Assembly (NCBI GenBank): GCA_038888155.1
Contig: JAWAJB010000003.1
Coordinates: 114,279 to 178,278 of the forward strand
Reading direction: 5' to 3'
Source: Desulfurococcaceae archaeon
Lineage (GTDB): Archaea > Thermoproteota > Thermoprotei_A > Sulfolobales > Desulfurococcaceae
DNA length: 64,000 bases
The notes under the pieces are model-generated. The model ran no database searches. It was not told the origin of the DNA and was given only the letters and a program-made list of their open reading frames with translations. This document shows, in pieces, positions 61,669-64,000 of the stretch (position 1 is the first letter of the stretch; the number at the start of each line of letters is the position of its first letter). The translations under genes and the position numbers were made by a program.

Positions 61669-61926
61669 CTACCGCTGGAGCAAGTTCCCATGGCCTAACC
61701 TCTCAATACTGCCCAACCGATCCTCTAGCTCCTTAACTTGAGCTAAGAGCCTATCGACCCGACCAAACAAGTCAGCAAACTGCTTTACCCTAGACCTAAC
61801 CTCTGAGTACCCGGGGAGAAGCTCCCAAACCTTATACGTACTACAGCCAAGAACTTCAGCAATCTGCTTATACGTATACCGTTTCTCAGTGGATGGCTGT
61901 TCATAGGCTTTCACTTTCTTTCGCAC
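61669..61926 (-). CDS. Small HTH plus coiled-coil protein
   Basis: YTYKQIAEVLGCSTYKVW HTH; heptad C-terminus; GGAGG RBS before GTG. Confidence 0.7.
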   Translation of the reverse strand: MRKKVKAYEQPSTEKRYTYKQIAEVLGCSTYKVWELLPGYSEVRSRVKQFADLFGRVDRLLAQVKELEDRLGSIERLGHGNLLQR

Positions 61927-62080
61927 TCAGCCTCCCAGCCGCCCACTTCTCAACGGCTTGTTCTTCCCCTGCCCCACCTGCGGGAGCGTGTCTCCAGCGG
62001 TTGCCCGCGGGTTCACCCAGCTCCCTGCGGCGAAGCAGAGTGCACGAGAGTCCCCCTCGCCACGCTCATCGAGTTCATCC
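61927..62080 (-). ncRNA. Candidate structured RNA / 5' leader
   Basis: About 67% GC; closing stem GAGCGTG/CACGCTC enclosing four hairpins including GCGG-GCAA-CCGC. Confidence 0.55.
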
Positions 62081-62148
62081 TTACTCCAATATTATCATTT
62101 ACGTAAAGACTTATAAGCTTTTCTGCAATACGTTGTAACGGTGGTGGT

Positions 62149-62295
62149 TTGCCAGAGGAGTATGTGTTCTATGCGAGGATCTCGAGGACAAGCCACGGTT
62201 TGCTATGCATCTACATACCCAAGCATCTCAGTGAGAGAATGAAGCACCTCCACAGAAGAGAGGTTGTTGTACGTGTCACAGTACCAGATGCATAG
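62149..62295 (+). CDS. AbrB/SpoVT-like microprotein (48 aa), not in ORF track
   Basis: TTG after GGTGGTGG; MPEEYVFYARISRTSHGLLCIYIPKHLSERMKHLHRREVVVRVTVPDA; overlaps the TnpB ATG at 62288. Confidence 0.7.
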   Translation: MPEEYVFYARISRTSHGLLCIYIPKHLSERMKHLHRREVVVRVTVPDA

Positions 62296-63382
62296 AGTCA
62301 GAGATGCTTCAAAGCTAGTAGAGTACGTAACGATAGTCGGGAGGTTTGAACCGCTCACCGAAGAAGACTACGTGAAGCTTGTGAGACTAGCACACGAGTT
62401 CAGGGAAGAAGTAACCTACGCTACGAGAATGATAGCAAAGGGTATAGACTCCAAAGTTGTTCTCAGAGAACTGCGGTCGATGCTTAACAAGGCGTACGGG
62501 GACTCGGCGTTCAGGCTTGCTAAATCCATAGTGGAGAGCGCTAGAGCAAACAACGGAAACCCGCTGAAGGTTGAAATCAAGAAGCTCTTCATAGTCTCAG
62601 AGGGTGAAGCAGGTAAGCAAGGTAACAGGAACGTGAGACTGGATGACTCCAGCAAGGTGAGGATCAGGTATCCGTACGACAAGTCGTGGCTCAGCTTCAG
62701 AGCAAGATTCGGAGAAAACTATATACCACTCGTCAGGGAGCTATCAGAGCTTGCTAAATCGAGGAAGTGTAGCTACGGTGTAAGAGTTGTCTTCAGAAAC
62801 GGTAGAATCTACCTCCACCTATCCGTGCCCGTAGAGCTCTACCTAAAGTACTTCAGGAAAGCTGAAGCCAGAGGGAGCTTAATTGCAGGCTTCGACCTAA
62901 ACAGCGATAGGATAAACATGGTGATAGTAGACAAATCTGGAGTTGTAAGGGATGTGAGAACTGAGTGGTTTCCCGAGGCAACATCACCTGGTTACCCAAG
63001 AAACAAAGCTAGGGTTGTTAGACTTCGAGCTCTCACAAGGTTACTCAGCTACGCATACCACCACGGTGCTGGTGTAGCTGTGTTCGAAGACCTCGATAAG
63101 ATCAAGTGGAGGAGGTTCACCAGTTCACCCAAAGCCAACAGGAAGATAGCCAAATTCGCAAAGAAACAACTACTAACACACGCAGTAGTCATGGGACTAA
63201 AGTACGGGTTTTAACCCGTACTAGTCGACCCCCGAGGAACCACGAGTTCATCCGTACACAGCACTGTAATGAAGAAGCATGGTCTAGACAAGCACACAGC
63301 GTCAGCGTACCTAATAGCACTCAGATACCTTCAGAACAGAAAGACAGTGAATAGCTACAAAGCATATAAACAACACAAATGA
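62288..63382 (+). pseudogene. tnpB: TnpB-like RuvC nuclease (IS200/IS605/IS607 accessory) with single in-frame TAA
   Basis: RuvC-I GFDLN, RuvC-II VFEDL; after TAA 63212-63214 the frame continues PVLVDPRGTT...HGLDKHTASAYLIALR (RuvC-III) to TGA 63380-63382. Confidence 0.85.
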
Positions 63383-63787
63383 ATATCAAAAAGAAAACTG
63401 CCTCTCTCCCTCAACACAGCATCATCGTACCTCCTCCTAGGCACACAACCACCCAATAAAACAGAACGCATACGTTATATAAAAATTATTATAAAACAAC
63501 CATCACACATAGCACTATCCGCAGGAGTGAAACAGCGGAGAGGCGGTTATGTGTGGTGTGTTTTTGAGTGATCTCCTCGGTTTTGCGGGTTTGTTCATGG
63601 GTTTGATTGCGTGTTTCTGCGCATGAGGTACTACCGGTTCCTACGTTAGTCTTTCTTGTTGTTCTTCATGGAGTTTTCATAGGTTTCACACTCGGTTATG
63701 CGCGACGTATACGATTCCTTCATAAGTCCTTCATGCTGTCTTCCTCGGGATTTAAGGAGGTTTTATAGAGGATTTATGAGTTGGAGT

Positions 63788-63842
63788 CCGGTGTACTGTA
63801 CGAGCCTCTGAAAAGTTTCCTCGAGGTGTACAGTACAGCCGG
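63788..63842. repeat. Imperfect inverted repeat
   Basis: CCGGTGTACTGTAC ... GTACAGTACAGCCGG (14 bp, one bulge). Confidence 0.6.
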
Positions 63843-64000
63843 GTCTACATGATCCGGTCGAGAACGCGGTGATGTGTGGAAGCTGTTTGGTTTGTTTTAT
63901 AACAACTGAGGTAATGCGTAGGAATCCGGGTCGAGGTTGAAGGTAGCGAGGTACTTTAAGACGTGGGTAGTCGTGCTTGTCTCACTTTCCCTAGCTCTAC

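Larger units (their letters stand above)
61650..63560. mobile_element. Putative non-autonomous TnpB-carrying element (ends not defined)
   Basis: TnpB plus small DNA-binding ORFs, compositional shift, flanking gene debris; no TnpA in window. Confidence 0.45.

Noticed and set aside
61927-62080. Cobalamin riboswitch or hammerhead ribozyme assignment
   Set aside because: Only partial word matches (AGGGAG..GGTGAA, GGAGAC, GATGA); required core elements are missing
61893-62138. Plus-strand ORF, and a CPTCG motif in another frame
   Set aside because: Low-complexity translation; the CxxC frame has no start codon; better explained as structured RNA
1-64000. CRISPR array or other regular repeat-spacer array
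   Set aside because: No recurring 20-40 nt repeat with regular spacing found by eye, including around TnpB

Overview
Archaeal chromosome segment, most consistent with Thermoproteota/Desulfurococcales (PolB3, split-type tRNA endonuclease structural subunit, EgsA, aCPSF1, two PsmB, archaeal SRP RNA). Conserved housekeeping blocks (about 1-6.3 kb, 17.1-33.4 kb, 48.9-57.9 kb) alternate with three accessory regions. (i) About 6.3-17.1 kb, downstream of the 3' end of tRNA-Arg(TCG): an orphan DNA methyltransferase, glycosyltransferases including a pseudogene, an ion transporter and a flavodoxin cassette. (ii) About 33.4-48.7 kb: a divergently arranged 16-gene membrane locus joining an exosortase/archaeosortase-EpsI-like fusion, a MoxR/DUF58/DUF4350 module, split DUF1616, an ABC/FtsX-like exporter and GT2/GT-C-like proteins. 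(iii) About 58-64 kb: an eroded island with a ThDP enzyme, an unlisted small amphipathic protein, and a TnpA-less TnpB module (HTH gene, GC-rich structured RNA candidate, AbrB-like microprotein, TnpB with one nonsense codon). No CRISPR array or rRNA was seen. All family calls are by motif recognition, not database search.
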